This document shows positions 27,001-49,008 of a stretch of DNA of 64,000 nucleotides, piece after piece; positions within the stretch are counted from its first letter, which is position 1; each line of letters begins with the position of its first letter. The stretch lies in contig ADNK01000904.1 of NCBI GenBank assembly GCA_000320545.1, positions 62,001 to 126,000 of the forward strand, given 5' to 3'. The position numbers and the translations under genes were made by a program. Origin of the DNA: Bigelowiella natans CCMP2755. Taxonomy: Eukaryota > Protista > Cercozoa. The notes beneath the pieces were generated by a model. That model was not told the origin of the DNA and did not search any database. It worked only from the letters and a program-made list of their open reading frames with translations.

Positions 27001-27904
27001 GTCTTATTTTTGTTCTCTTTCCAAAGGAGTTTGAAACGTCACAAATATGGTCCGACTTTCGGCGAACCTGTTCCGGTTTCAGTTCCCGGATATCACGATA
27101 TGATTAAACGACCCATGGATCTGGGAACAATTGAGAGTTTCATCTTCGAAAAAAATGACTACAACATCGAAAACTTCGCATCCGATGTTGCTTTGGTGTG
27201 GTCTAATGCAATGCGATTCAACCCCCCTCAACATCCTATCCATGAAATGGCGGTGGTCTTGAAAAAATTCTGTGAAGAAAGGGTTGCGCGAATTCGACAG
27301 CAAATTAGAAGTATAGAACGTAGTTTGTCTCTAAAAGAAAAGCAGAAGGAGAAGCAAAAACAAAGGTTAAAGGAAGGAAAGAAGACGAAAAAGGGAGTGG
27401 CAGGCGATGTAGCTGGTCTTGATGATGAAGTTAGAAAGCTTGCTGAGAAAATGGAGCAGATGCGAAGGCGGTTGAATTCGATGTCAAGTTCTGCATCGAA
27501 ACCGAAGACAAAATCGAAGTCAAAATCGAAATCTAGACCTAAGAAAAAGGGTGTCTCAATACAAGAAAGACAAGCCCTAAAGCAACAAATCATCCAGCTC
27601 GGTCCAGAAGATCTAAATGGAGTTGCAGAAATAGTGCGTGACGCCATGCCTGGATCTCATGATAGTACGGAGGTACAAAAATAACACATCAAGGACAATT
27701 TTTAGCTTACTTGGCGTTGAAACTTGCCCGAAAACTTAAATCGACTGGTTACTTTTTTAGGTGGAGGTTGACTTAGAAATCCTTGAGGACAGGACGATAA
27801 GGGAGCTTCAAAAGTATGTTGCAGAATGTATACATGAGCGTAGTATGGAGCAAGAGGAGGAATCTTCAAGTGAGGAAGAGGATTCCAGTGACGAAGATTA
27901 CTGA
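24060..27904 (+). CDS. Multi-domain chromatin reader: MBD-like, Tudor-like, AT-hooks, PHD, SHI-type zinc finger, KOW, bromodomain, ET domain, acidic tail
   Basis: PHD CGICGTGGNLLCCDGPCLRAFHIKCLG..WFCKDC; bromodomain YHDMIKRPMDLGTI..LVWSNAMRFN; ET ERQALKQQIIQL..VEVDLEILEDRTIRELQKYV; tail EEEESSSEEEDSSDEDY* (TGA 27902-27904). Confidence 0.88.
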
Positions 27905-28299
27905 TTTCTACCAGTCTTTTTCCCTCTCAAAAGGACATGTCTAAACCAATTGTGGATTGTACATTAAAAATTGTACCGTAACGGAAGCTGATGTAAATAA
28001 AAAATGTATGCTATGAAAAGTTAGAAGTTCATAATCTTCAAGTTCAAATTTTGCACGCATGCCTTTCATGTTCGAACAAGCGATGTCAATTGCTTGACTG
28101 GTGGCCGCGCGCGCGTCGTCAGCCACACCCGCCGCGGGCTGCGCATGAAGAAAATATGAATGTACCGGGTTGGTCGACTAGCTATGCGTATGTACGTACT
28201 AACTGGGTGGGTGGCATTAGGTAGATCTAGTAGATGTACGACGTACGTATACGTACTGCGCGCAGCGTCTTGTGTCGATCAGACGAAGTCTGCGCACGT

Positions 28300-28780
28300 G
28301 CACCCGCCAAGCATGCTAGCTAGCTAGCATGCCAAATGAATGTGACATGTGAAACGGATGTCATATCATGTGTTGCGCGATGCATGATGATTGCACCATC
28401 TAGCCATCTAAGCCATCATCGCTGCAACGCATCCAGGCTAGCAGATCATCAGGGGCTAGTGCACATCTAACAGCTACATGCTTTTGCTCATTTTGTGGTC
28501 ACATTGTGCACATATATATGTGCAAATCAGGATGACCATTGAAAAAATTTAATTTGTTAATTACATCCGTCTCATATGTGCAAATGCAATCTGTGGACTC
28601 ATCTAGCGCTAGTTGTCCACACCAGCTAGAGCACATTGCGCAACAATGCAATGTGACACAGTGTGACACCACACCAGTGCAGTAGTGGCACAATGCAGTA
28701 GCACAATGCAGCAGCGTCGCTTTGCGAGGGTGTGCCTTGCTGGCTTGTACGATACACCATGCCGCCATCTCTAGCCATTA
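28300..28780. other. TpA-poor, CTAG/CATG/TGCA-rich intergenic tract
   Basis: Contains the perfect palindrome gcatgctagctagctagcatgc (28311-28332). Many surviving TpA are in CTAG. Confidence 0.7.
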
Positions 28781-28799
28781 TAAAAATTTTATTGTTATT

Positions 28800-30345
28800 A
28801 CTTACACATCACACATAATATCCAACCTGCTCTTTGGATAGTGCTCTTGAAAATATACATTCATACCCTCTGGGATCACGATGTCAAGGTCTTTGATGAA
28901 CCTAAAAAACGAACCAGAAGCAATTTAAATAAAAGTACCTATCTGTAGGCACTATACCTAACGAAATAGTATATCCTGTAATGAAGAAAGTGCTACCTTT
29001 CACTATCAAATTGTTTTTCTTCTGCATCTTCAACATTAGCTTTCATTGGGAGTTTAATATTCGACTTCGGATAAAATTTCCAAAGAAGATCGCGATAAAA
29101 TTCCCTTTCGCCGTCATGCACCGTCCTTCGGAAGACCCCAAAGAGTAGAACCCTTAGTATGTTGCACGCATAAGACTTAGATGCAATAGTGCCATCTTAA
29201 TTTCATCATCACCTTTCGCATCGAAGAATGAGTCGATAGTACCGCATCTTCTTTTTCACTTTTTTCGACAAACGGAGATATCGTGACCCGAAAAGCTCCG
29301 ACACCTTCTCCCCTCGGAGCACTGGTTGGCAAACCTGAAGTCTCCAACATCTGGATAACGCGTACCTGGGAAATTAATGCAACTGAAATATACAATTACT
29401 CACCTGCGATATTCGAGGATGCTACCGAATCCATTCGATCCCCCACCATATCGCACGCGATACGCCCTTAATCCCGTTTGGCCAATCAAGGTCCCGGCTA
29501 CCCAGATCATATACTAAGCATACATGACCTATGTAGCAGCACATAGATGAAGAAGTACAAGAATCAGTACTTCAGTTAGTCAGAGCTCATACAATTTTGC
29601 GAAGAGATCGACCATATATGATGGATTCTCTTTATACAAAAATATTATTACCCAGAGCCAAATGTGTCATGAGGTTGTGATCGAGACTTAAAAGCACCTG
29701 CAGTAACAGATCATCGTCTATAAAGTTGGAATAAAGAATATCTTCGATATTTTTCACCCCTTCGAAGTCGTTCGCTTCGCAATGTGAAGACATTATCCTT
29801 ACAAAGTTAATCTGCATTGCGAACAATCCATGCTTATCAAGATCCATATTTTTCAGCTTGACTTTCATCTCTCACCTCATTTCGCGGAATTCCGAGATTT
29901 GGCAGCTCATGTAAGACTTCGATTCCGTCAGTCAAATTAATGAAATACTTTATCAGTAAATTATTGACATTTTCGAGCGTTCGAGTCTCCCCTTGTTTCC
30001 TTCCAGCTTTTTCCTCACAAAGTTCTCGCTTAGCATTAAGTGGGGTTGATATTGAGACATTTCCTTTGGAAGTAAGATGCGATCTGGTTTCGCATTTTCC
30101 AACCTCAGTTAAACGATTCGCTAACGTTCCGAGTTTTAAAATGATCGCCCTCTGCTTAGCTTCCAGCTTCAAAAGCTTGTGGCTATTGCCACTGTGGGCA
30201 TCGACCATTCAGAGCTACTTATTAGCCCCCTCCATCACTGCCAACTTGTCATTATCATCCGTTTGTAGCTCCTTTATTTCCATTCTAACTCTTAATCGTC
30301 ATGTGAGCCATGCTGCAGATCTATGGGTTGGTTCAGGTTCCATGC
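28800..30345 (-). CDS. Hypothetical spliced protein; boundaries approximate
   Basis: Exon-like blocks KLLKLEAKQRAIILKLGTL, VRVIQMLETSGLPTSAPRGEG and FIKDLDIVIPEGMNVYF. No family recognised. Confidence 0.4.
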
Positions 30346-30447
30346 GAGTCTGAGAGTATATCGTAGGAGGGGAGTGAGAGAGTAGCGCGACAACGTAAAA
30401 ACGACAACATGTATTTCCTTGTCGCAGCAGGAAAACGGCGTCCCCCA

Positions 30448-40847
<10,400 letters not shown>

Positions 40848-41586
40848 GATCTCCTACGACCAAAAATCATTAAGATCATCATCTTTAGAATTATTGGTGT
40901 ATTTATTTACTATGAAGTTGTTGAGTTATGTTCATTCTCAAGATTAAAACAAATCTAAATGAGGTCATTTTGCCGTACAATGAGCGCTTTTTGGACAGAA
41001 AGGCATGCTTTGCAACGCTAGCTAGAATGCTGCAGGTGACACCCATCTAGCCATAAAAATGCAACATCGTATATGCATGTGCCAAATATGACATTGCAAT
41101 GTGTTGCATATATGCATGCAAAATCAAGTGCGGTTTCCATTCGAGCAAAGTAATGATTGATTATTGTAACGCCCAGACGTACGTACGTTGTGCAAGCCGC
41201 ACGTGCGCTGTGTATGTTGTTACAATAATGTTCATATTGCGTGCGACGCGCACATTAATAAAAATATATGCACATTGTGTACGTCGCACGACACGGCGCA
41301 CATATATACGTGCCATATATACTAGCGCATGTTGACAAGTAGTATGTACATAGAGAACATATGTGCCGGCCAGCACAATGCATGCTGTGGAAGATATTCT
41401 ACAATTCATGTTTAGCTAGATTATCTAGCTGTGCATTCACTTCGCCAGAACACCAGGAACATGTAACAGCTTCGCTGTCAATTCAATGCTCCTTACTACA
41501 TTAAATGTGGCACACATTTGATCTATTTTAGCGAAAATTGGCTTCGATTCAGGATTTTTGGAAGCTATGGACTAGACCTTGCATTA

Positions 41587-42426
41587 CTACTTTCCGGCCC
41601 TCTTGCGTTCTTGGCGACGTTTTCGTCTGATGTGTGTGTAGTAAATGCCACTTTGTTAATTATTTTCGAAAGAAAGCGGATTGATGCTCATTCTCATATT
41701 TTCTGGGTTATAAGTTTTTGACACATAAACAATTAGCAACATTTCCGGTTGCATTACAAAATGGGTATCATTATAGCTATCGTAAGTGATAAACAATTCG
41801 GTATCACTTCATTCTCCGTCTGCGTTTTTTCTTCCATTTTGCCCTCATTCCTCCGCGGACTGTTGTGAACAACGAACAAAAATTTATTTTAACTACATGC
41901 CATTCAGCATTCCTACAATTAGCCAGAAAATATTTCTCTTGAGGCTAGCCGTGATCATATTCATTGTAAAAATGCAAAATTCATAAATCCCATCCCTCCT
42001 AATCCCGAAATATGTACTTTTCAATGCAGAATGAACGATTTCTGGAAGAATAAAGGGATTTTCTCGTTGCGGGCCAACACTAGCACTTCTTGACGCTGAA
42101 GCTTTTCTCTGCGACTCATCGACAAAGACACTGTTGCATGAATGTTGTCCGGGGATGGCAGGGTTTGAGAGGGCATTGGGGTTGCTACTCCTTCCACGTG
42201 GTGAAACAGTCGACGAGAGCGACAATGGCGCGGGACTGAGATTTGATAGGGGAAGGAAGACCGCTATTGCAACCCACAGGAAAATTACCAAAAGCGGGAT
42301 CGGATTTAACCAGTTACTTCCATGAGCATTCTTTGTGAAAGTCGGCCTGGAGGCATGCGTATGGAAAAGAAACACTCAACATGCTGATGAATCAGGATAT
42401 GGAGTGGGCAAATTTGTTTACCTCAT
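41587..42426 (-). CDS. RPL41: Ribosomal protein eL41 precursor with 115-aa signal/transit-like leader ending LKIRGG (exons 42426-42422, 42346-42018, 41859-41808, 41626-41587; 141 aa)
   Basis: Three GT-AG introns join in frame (5+329+52+40 = 426 nt). The C-terminal 26 aa MRAKWKKKRRRRMKRKRRQERKRAGK* match eL41 (human [25 protein letters not shown]). Confidence 0.88.
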
Positions 42427-42535
42427 AATTTTGTAGAAGCAAAGAGATTATTTGCCAATTTTTGAAATGCTTTCCTACCCCCCCCCCTGCATGCTATCCG
42501 GTCAGGAACAGCGAAGGGATTCACGTTATTTGAGA

Positions 42536-42569
<34 letters not shown>

Positions 42570-42780
42570 GATGATGATGATGTTGTTGTTGTTAAAATAT
42601 CACACCATCATTATTCTACATTTGAACGAGTTTTGACTAGTCTAAAACTCAAAATTGATGCTTGAATTTCTAAATTTCTACAATGTCGATGCATTCTGTG
42701 CAAAAATGCATGTGCCACCTTTCTAAAACATTCAAAATTTGGTCAGTCCACAAGGCTAGAAGTTGTGCCTCAAATTTATC

Positions 42781-43774
42781 ACCCAGACAACAACAGAGAG
42801 AGAACGCTGATTGAGCGGCATCACGGCCACAAGACCAAAATGACAGGACAATTCGACGATGTGAGCATTGTTCATTGTTCTGGCGCATGTGGATTTGATC
42901 AACGCTGTGTTGTTCATTGTTCATTGTGCGTTGTTCATTGTTCACTGTTCACTCCGTCGGCGGCTGTCCGCACGGTGTCGATCGGGAAAATGGCGAACCT
43001 GTTGGCTCAAGCGTGCAACGATGCTCATCAACGCTGGCACAATCAGTGGTTGTCAAAGTGGGCTGGGGTGGATCTTGGGTCGGTTGATTCCAGCCAGTCA
43101 GTCCAGTGCCCGGAGGTGCACCTGAACACGCAGGCTAGCAGGGTGCTTTGTCTTTTGGCACACCTCCTTCATTCGTTCAGCTTGATTCTTCCACCCCTTC
43201 TTTTTCTTCCAGATCTCCCCTCGTTCCTTCGACCGTGGCATTGCAATTTGTTCCTTCCGCCAGCGCTGCCCTGAATCACACTCTCACACAATGCGGCAGC
43301 TGTGTTCTTGTGCTTCACTGCGATTGCGCCAGTTGTGACGCCCGCTGACCCGCTAGCCCGCACAGCCCGAACGTGACGTCATCCAGTCATCACAGGTCTG
43401 CCATGTCTTTCGTTTTCATCAACATGAATGATCTTTTCCCCAAAAATTGATGTCTTGTCTGGAATCTCACACAGTGTGTTCACACCAATCTAGCAATGCT
43501 GGCAATGCTGAAATGCGGTCGTCGAGGCGAAGGGAGAGCAAGGCAAACTTGCACATCGCTCGATGTGCATCGGAAGACGTCGCAGAATGTGCTGCGCTGT
43601 CTGTGAGTCCAGCGAAATGGCATCGTCGCTGCATCGGGGTGACAGCAAAATTGCAATGCATCACCCCCACATGCACATCTAGACATGCTGCGCATGGCCT
43701 TGCTAGCTGGCATTCTAGCATTGCCAATGTGTTCTCCAGTTCTCACCGAAAAAATGAATGACAAACTTTGCACA
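42781..43774. other. Extreme TpA-depleted intergenic tract
   Basis: Only 6 TpA in 994 bp, all in CTAG (43135, 43353, 43490, 43679, 43703, 43715). CpG abundant. Confidence 0.92.
42866..42952 (-). repeat. Degenerate 7-bp array (GAACAAT)n on the minus strand
   Basis: tgttcat/tgttcac units at 42866-42880 and 42911-42952. Confidence 0.8.
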
Positions 43775-43844
43775 TATGACTTGTCGCACATCACACATTG
43801 CGCTGCATGTAGCGAGCAAAATGTAACCATTTATTAGATTAGCT

Positions 43845-46771
43845 CTAATCCTCATCATCTTCGCTGCTACTGGAATCAAAATCAACCGATATGGTCAATC
43901 CTGCTTCACCGCTACCTTTACCTCCAGTCTGAATCTTGAGCTCGGCCTGGCGACACTCATCAAGTTCCGTTTGAAACACAGGCTGATGAACCACAATGTG
44001 GGATGAAAGATCTTAGAAAATGCAGCAATTTAAAAAATGCGAAAAGGCAAGAAGTAGCCGCAGGGTTAGCCCAGAAGATACTGCTATATTTTCATTCACC
44101 TTTTTCCCATCGAAATCCCCTTTATCTGCCACTGCAATAACGACATGATCGGGACACTGACCGAGTATCTCGGCTACTGGGCCCTTGTTGCTTCCCTTTG
44201 ACCTTTTCCTGCTTTTCTTCTTCTTCTTTTTACGTCGTCTGCGACCCGTCGCTGCTTGCCACTCGAGATTTTTTTGACCTTTAAGCAGTTTCCAGGTAAA
44301 ATTCCGGCTTTGGTAAAATGCCAGCACCATGTTCTCGAGCAGAATATTGCCAAAGGCCTGTCATTGTGTTATTGTAAGTGGAAAATGAACTACCTCAAAC
44401 ATTGAAAGATAGATTAGTAAGCAGTTGGTAAGTACAATTACTATTATTACAATTTGCGATGTTTGTAACAAGAGAGGAGGTGCAATGTGATCATCTTAGT
44501 CAATTCCTCCGTCAAATCAAGGAAAAGACATGACGACAACACTTGGCCAAGAATATCATTAAGCACCTCTTTTGCAGCAACCCTTTCTTTGAAGTCGGAG
44601 AGAGTGTCATTTTTGTTGTCCACACGCTCAACGATCATAGGGTATGGCTTTCCGTATAAACGACTCTGAAGACCAAAAAAAAGTAAAAGAGGGCAAAATC
44701 ATACACATAATCGCATACACTCTTGCAAACAACAAGCACACAACTGGATATGACATCGAACGATCACCTTCGCATTGTATCTTCGAAGAAGCACTACTTT
44801 CCAGTTCTTATGCTCTGGATCAGGAATGGGAACGATGATAACACCAACTTTCCTCTCCCCTGACTCGCCAATACTCGATGATCCGTTTTTCCACACACGG
44901 CCCTGTACGATATATAGAAGTAGAAGATAAAGACATATATGGAGGATGAATAGGATAAGAAGGGCGATAGTGGGGGATGGCTTAGGAGGGCTATCCTTCC
45001 TCATTTCAATTTTCTGGTTATTTTAAGACAGACCGGTAAGAAATCATCGTCCAGAAATGTCAGACGCATGTTGATTGCTGGCGGCGTGTCGACTTTGATC
45101 GATTTAAGCTTCTTTTCCAGTAGTGAAAGTGCGGTTACACGAATGTCGTCCACCTCACTCGCTCTGATATTATTCGGAAGGAGACAATCGACAAACACAA
45201 GCACACACAGTAAAATACATAATAAATGTTTGAGAGTTGAAGAAACTTTAGATAGCAGTAGTAGCAATAGTATCTTCCTCTTTTCCTCACCAGCATTGGA
45301 AAGGAAACAGTCAAGATCTCGGGACAATGATACACAAATATTTCATTCCTATTGGCTCTCCTCATCCCTGCCCTACTTGTACGGCTACTGCTACATTTAG
45401 CACTTTTACCTAGATACGATGACACTTCCTAACTGTCGCCATTCCCCTGGAAGTGGGCGCCTCGCTTCTCCCAAGTCATCGTCACCAGTATTGTCACCAG
45501 TATCTTGTGTCGAGTTCTTATTATCTACCTTTCCATCCTCTTGCTGCTGTTTCTTCTTTGGCGAAGTAATATTGAGCGATTCGAACAAGCCTGTCACCAT
45601 ATCCACAGCACTTCCAACTACTTGCTCTCCAAATGACCTATCGTGTTTGTTATCTCCAGGGTCCTCTACTTCCATCGCTTCATCGACACTGCAGTCGCCG
45701 CCCCCTTCCCCCGCTTCTGCTGCCACCAGTGCTTGTCTGAAAGGTGAGTTTTTGGGAACATATAGATGTAGTGTAATTCGCATGTCATCACGCTTGACTC
45801 TCTCCAGCCACACCCTCTGGCCCTGGTCCATCTGGTAGCTGCTCAGCTCGTCGCTCTTGCCCTTAACTTCTTCGCCTGGATTGGCGATGAAGGCGGTTGG
45901 ATCATGATCAGTTGGAGATATGCGTAAGGCGTATTGTGCCGGGAGCCTTCCATCGTCGCTCCCCTCCGCCTCATGAGTCTTATTATTATTATTATTATTC
46001 CTCTCTCCTTTAAGGAGCCCGTACATCCCTCGAATTTGCTCTTTCAGCTTGTGGGGGCTGATACATTCAGGTACACAGATATGTTGGTACTTGGACGATG
46101 ATGATTCTGGAGAGGAGGAGGAGGAAGGTACGTTGCTTGCAACACGGAGGGCGAGGTAACCTCTCGGTGGTTGTGGGCGCGCTACTCTGTTCAACGTGTA
46201 CTTGGAGGTCTTCAGGTTTATGAACTCTAGCGGTGTATTATCCGGAAGAAATTGCTCCTCCCCAGCCTCGATCCTGTCTCCTTCTCCATCGTTGCTTTTG
46301 TCATCATTTTTATTCGAGTTTCCCAGGATGACCCTGCTGCCACCGTAGTCTTGGCAATATTGATTCATCCGTTGATTGCCGACAGGCAGTGGCGGGAAGC
46401 ACCCACCTTGCTGCATTGCTAAGCGTAACTGTCCTATTGTATTTAGCCCCTCCATGTAGTACCTGCCATCCAGAGTGAGTGAGGGAGCAAAGAAAAGTCG
46501 ATGAGATCATGACGACAGGGAGGAAGAACGAATTAAAAAAGTGCGTATCATCTCGCTATAAAATTCACACGCTCTCTATTAACACTAATATCGGTACTTT
46601 TCTGGGATATCATCAGGAAGAGCGTGCTGCCTGAGATGATCGTGGAGAAGCAACTCATAACAGTCCCTCGTACGCCTTTTCAACTCCGACGCAACCCACG
46701 CCTCTTCCTCCTCCTTCATAACAAACACCATGGAATATCATCACCCTGCTGTGAGTGGGATAGAGAGCTTC

Positions 46772-46813
<42 letters not shown>

Positions 46814-48948
46814 CGAGAAGGTTATGTTTTGATAGAGGGGCAAGCTACGTTCTCTGATGTAGTCAACACCAAACAGCGACTTTGGTGAGTAATTTAAAAC
46901 CTTGGTAGAGGTTGCTATCGTTGATCTTCTCCTTATGCACACAAAGAGCTCATCCTCCTCCTCAAGTCCCATCTCTATCAATGTTTTCCCATCTGCCACC
47001 TCAGAGGCGACGCACACGCGCTCAAATTTGCTTCGGCCCTTGTTTTTCTTCCGTTTTTCACGATAAACTGCGATATCGTCAATGTGTCCACCCCCATTAC
47101 TGCCCCCATGTTTACTCTCTGAGGCTGTTCTTTTCCCACTAACACCAGGGAGGGAAATTGATCCAAGTCCGAGCAGAAAGGGCTCAAACGTAGACCACTT
47201 TTCCTGCTTTTTGGCCTTTACACGCCCCCATCTCCTCGGAGCTGCTTCTGCATCATCACCCTCCTTTGAGTCAGTATTTGTCGGAGAGAGGAAAGTGATG
47301 GCAAGCCACAGATCTTCTTCTCTCTCTTTCTGTTGTCGCTCCTTTTGCAAGTACCAGTCAGGCAGCTGGGGAAGCGCTGGAGCCAAGGGTTGCAATGCTA
47401 CCCTCTTTTTTGTCTTGTTTACATCATCTGGTTTAGAAACCGAGCCATTGGCAGCAGATCCCTTCTCCTCCCTCTCCTTATCATTAACGCCTTCTGCACG
47501 ACGAACGATGCCAAGGGTAGATCTCTTGCGGTACACTAGTATGTATGCACATTCATCCCTTCTTGGCTGCTTGCCTCTCTTTTTCCTACCCCCTCCTCCC
47601 CCGCTCGATGAGTCACCGCCATATTGCTTCTCGAGCTCGCTAACGTCGATGGGAGTTACTTTTGAGTCGTTGAAGTCAAACCTAAACAACGTAATCATCA
47701 AAGCAAAAGGCAGTTGCAGAGGAGAAGTAGGGATTGTCGGAATAGAAATGATGATGATAATGATGATGATGATGATGATATTAAATGATGTCTTGTTTCA
47801 TGTTCATGCTCACCATCCTCCGTAAGACTCGCCCGACTTGACAGATTGCTTAAGAGCATCACCATCATCAGCGGGATTTGAGCAGCTCTGGTCTTCCGAT
47901 GGAGGAGCCGAGGTGGAGGAGCATGGTGAGGCCTTCTCTTCTGCTTCTTTTGTCTTGACCTCGCACCCGTCATGCGTCTTTTCCTCACGTTCCTTTTCTT
48001 CCTTTGTGGTAGAAAGACTACAAACCATGGCTGTGAGCGTGTCCTTGTCGCTTGCCAGCTGCACCGTCTCATGGTTCATGATACGGAAGAAGTCGGGGTT
48101 TGCGCGACAGAAGTCAAGCATCTTTCCATGCCGTTTGCCGTAGCTACGAGACCAAGACTCCCCAGCCTTCAATGACAGACAGTAAAAGAGTAATTTTTAT
48201 CGATGATGACCATCACGACAAGAATGAATTGAATATATCTAGTAGTAGCGTCAAAGTTGGGTTACTAAATCTACATCATTACATACTGCAGCTAATGAAC
48301 GCACTGAAGATGACCATTGCTATGTTCACGATCAACAAGAGAGACGGTTGTCGTCGTGTATATATACTCCTGTCGTCCAGCACTAACTACAACGACGACT
48401 ACTGCTGCTGCTGCTGCTCCTACAACTACTCTTCTACTTGTACTTCTGTACACTACTATCACTCGTTTTATTATTAGTGCAACCTGCCGCTTGAACTCCA
48501 TCCCTAAGGCCTGTATTCGCGAGGTACGGAAGACGGCCTATTTATTCATAAACACCACAAGCAACCATAACCACCAAAGTTACCGCTTCAGCGTGGAAAA
48601 CAACGTATACAAGTGAAAAGGGAGACGTGGCAAGGGAGAGTGCAAATCAAACCTCTCCCTCCTCCTCATTTATCTACCTGAATCATGAGGGCCAAAGCTT
48701 GCAGGCGACTCGCTTTGTCGTCTTCGGACATCTTACTATGCAGTTGATGCTGCTGATGCTTCTGTTCTCTCTTTGGACGGGGGGAGACTGACGATTTCCT
48801 TCCCCTCTTCGACGACGAAGGAGGAGAGGACAAAGAGTGTGCGACCTCGTGGTGCATATCCCTTATATACCTGGGCAGCGCAGAAAAACGAGACGAAAAG
48901 AGGAACGATCACGAAGACAATATGCCACCATACGAATATTGGGAGATG

Positions 48949-49008
<60 letters not shown>

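Noticed and set aside
24060-27904. Chromatin reader as part of the TpA-mutating machinery
   Set aside because: It has no catalytic deaminase or methyltransferase domain, and nothing in the sequence links it to the tracts.
41893-42375. 160-aa ORF as a stand-alone type-II glycosyltransferase fragment (ENPFILPEIVH)
   Set aside because: It has no in-frame ATG before the donor at 42017 and is better explained as exon 2 of the eL41 precursor reading into an intron.
42781-43774. CpG-methylation decay or classical RIP as the cause of the TG/CA excess
   Set aside because: CpG remains abundant, and RIP would increase rather than remove TpA.
45419-47825. Long plus-strand ORFs (45419-45838, 47082-47825)
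   Set aside because: They are antisense shadows of USP exons.
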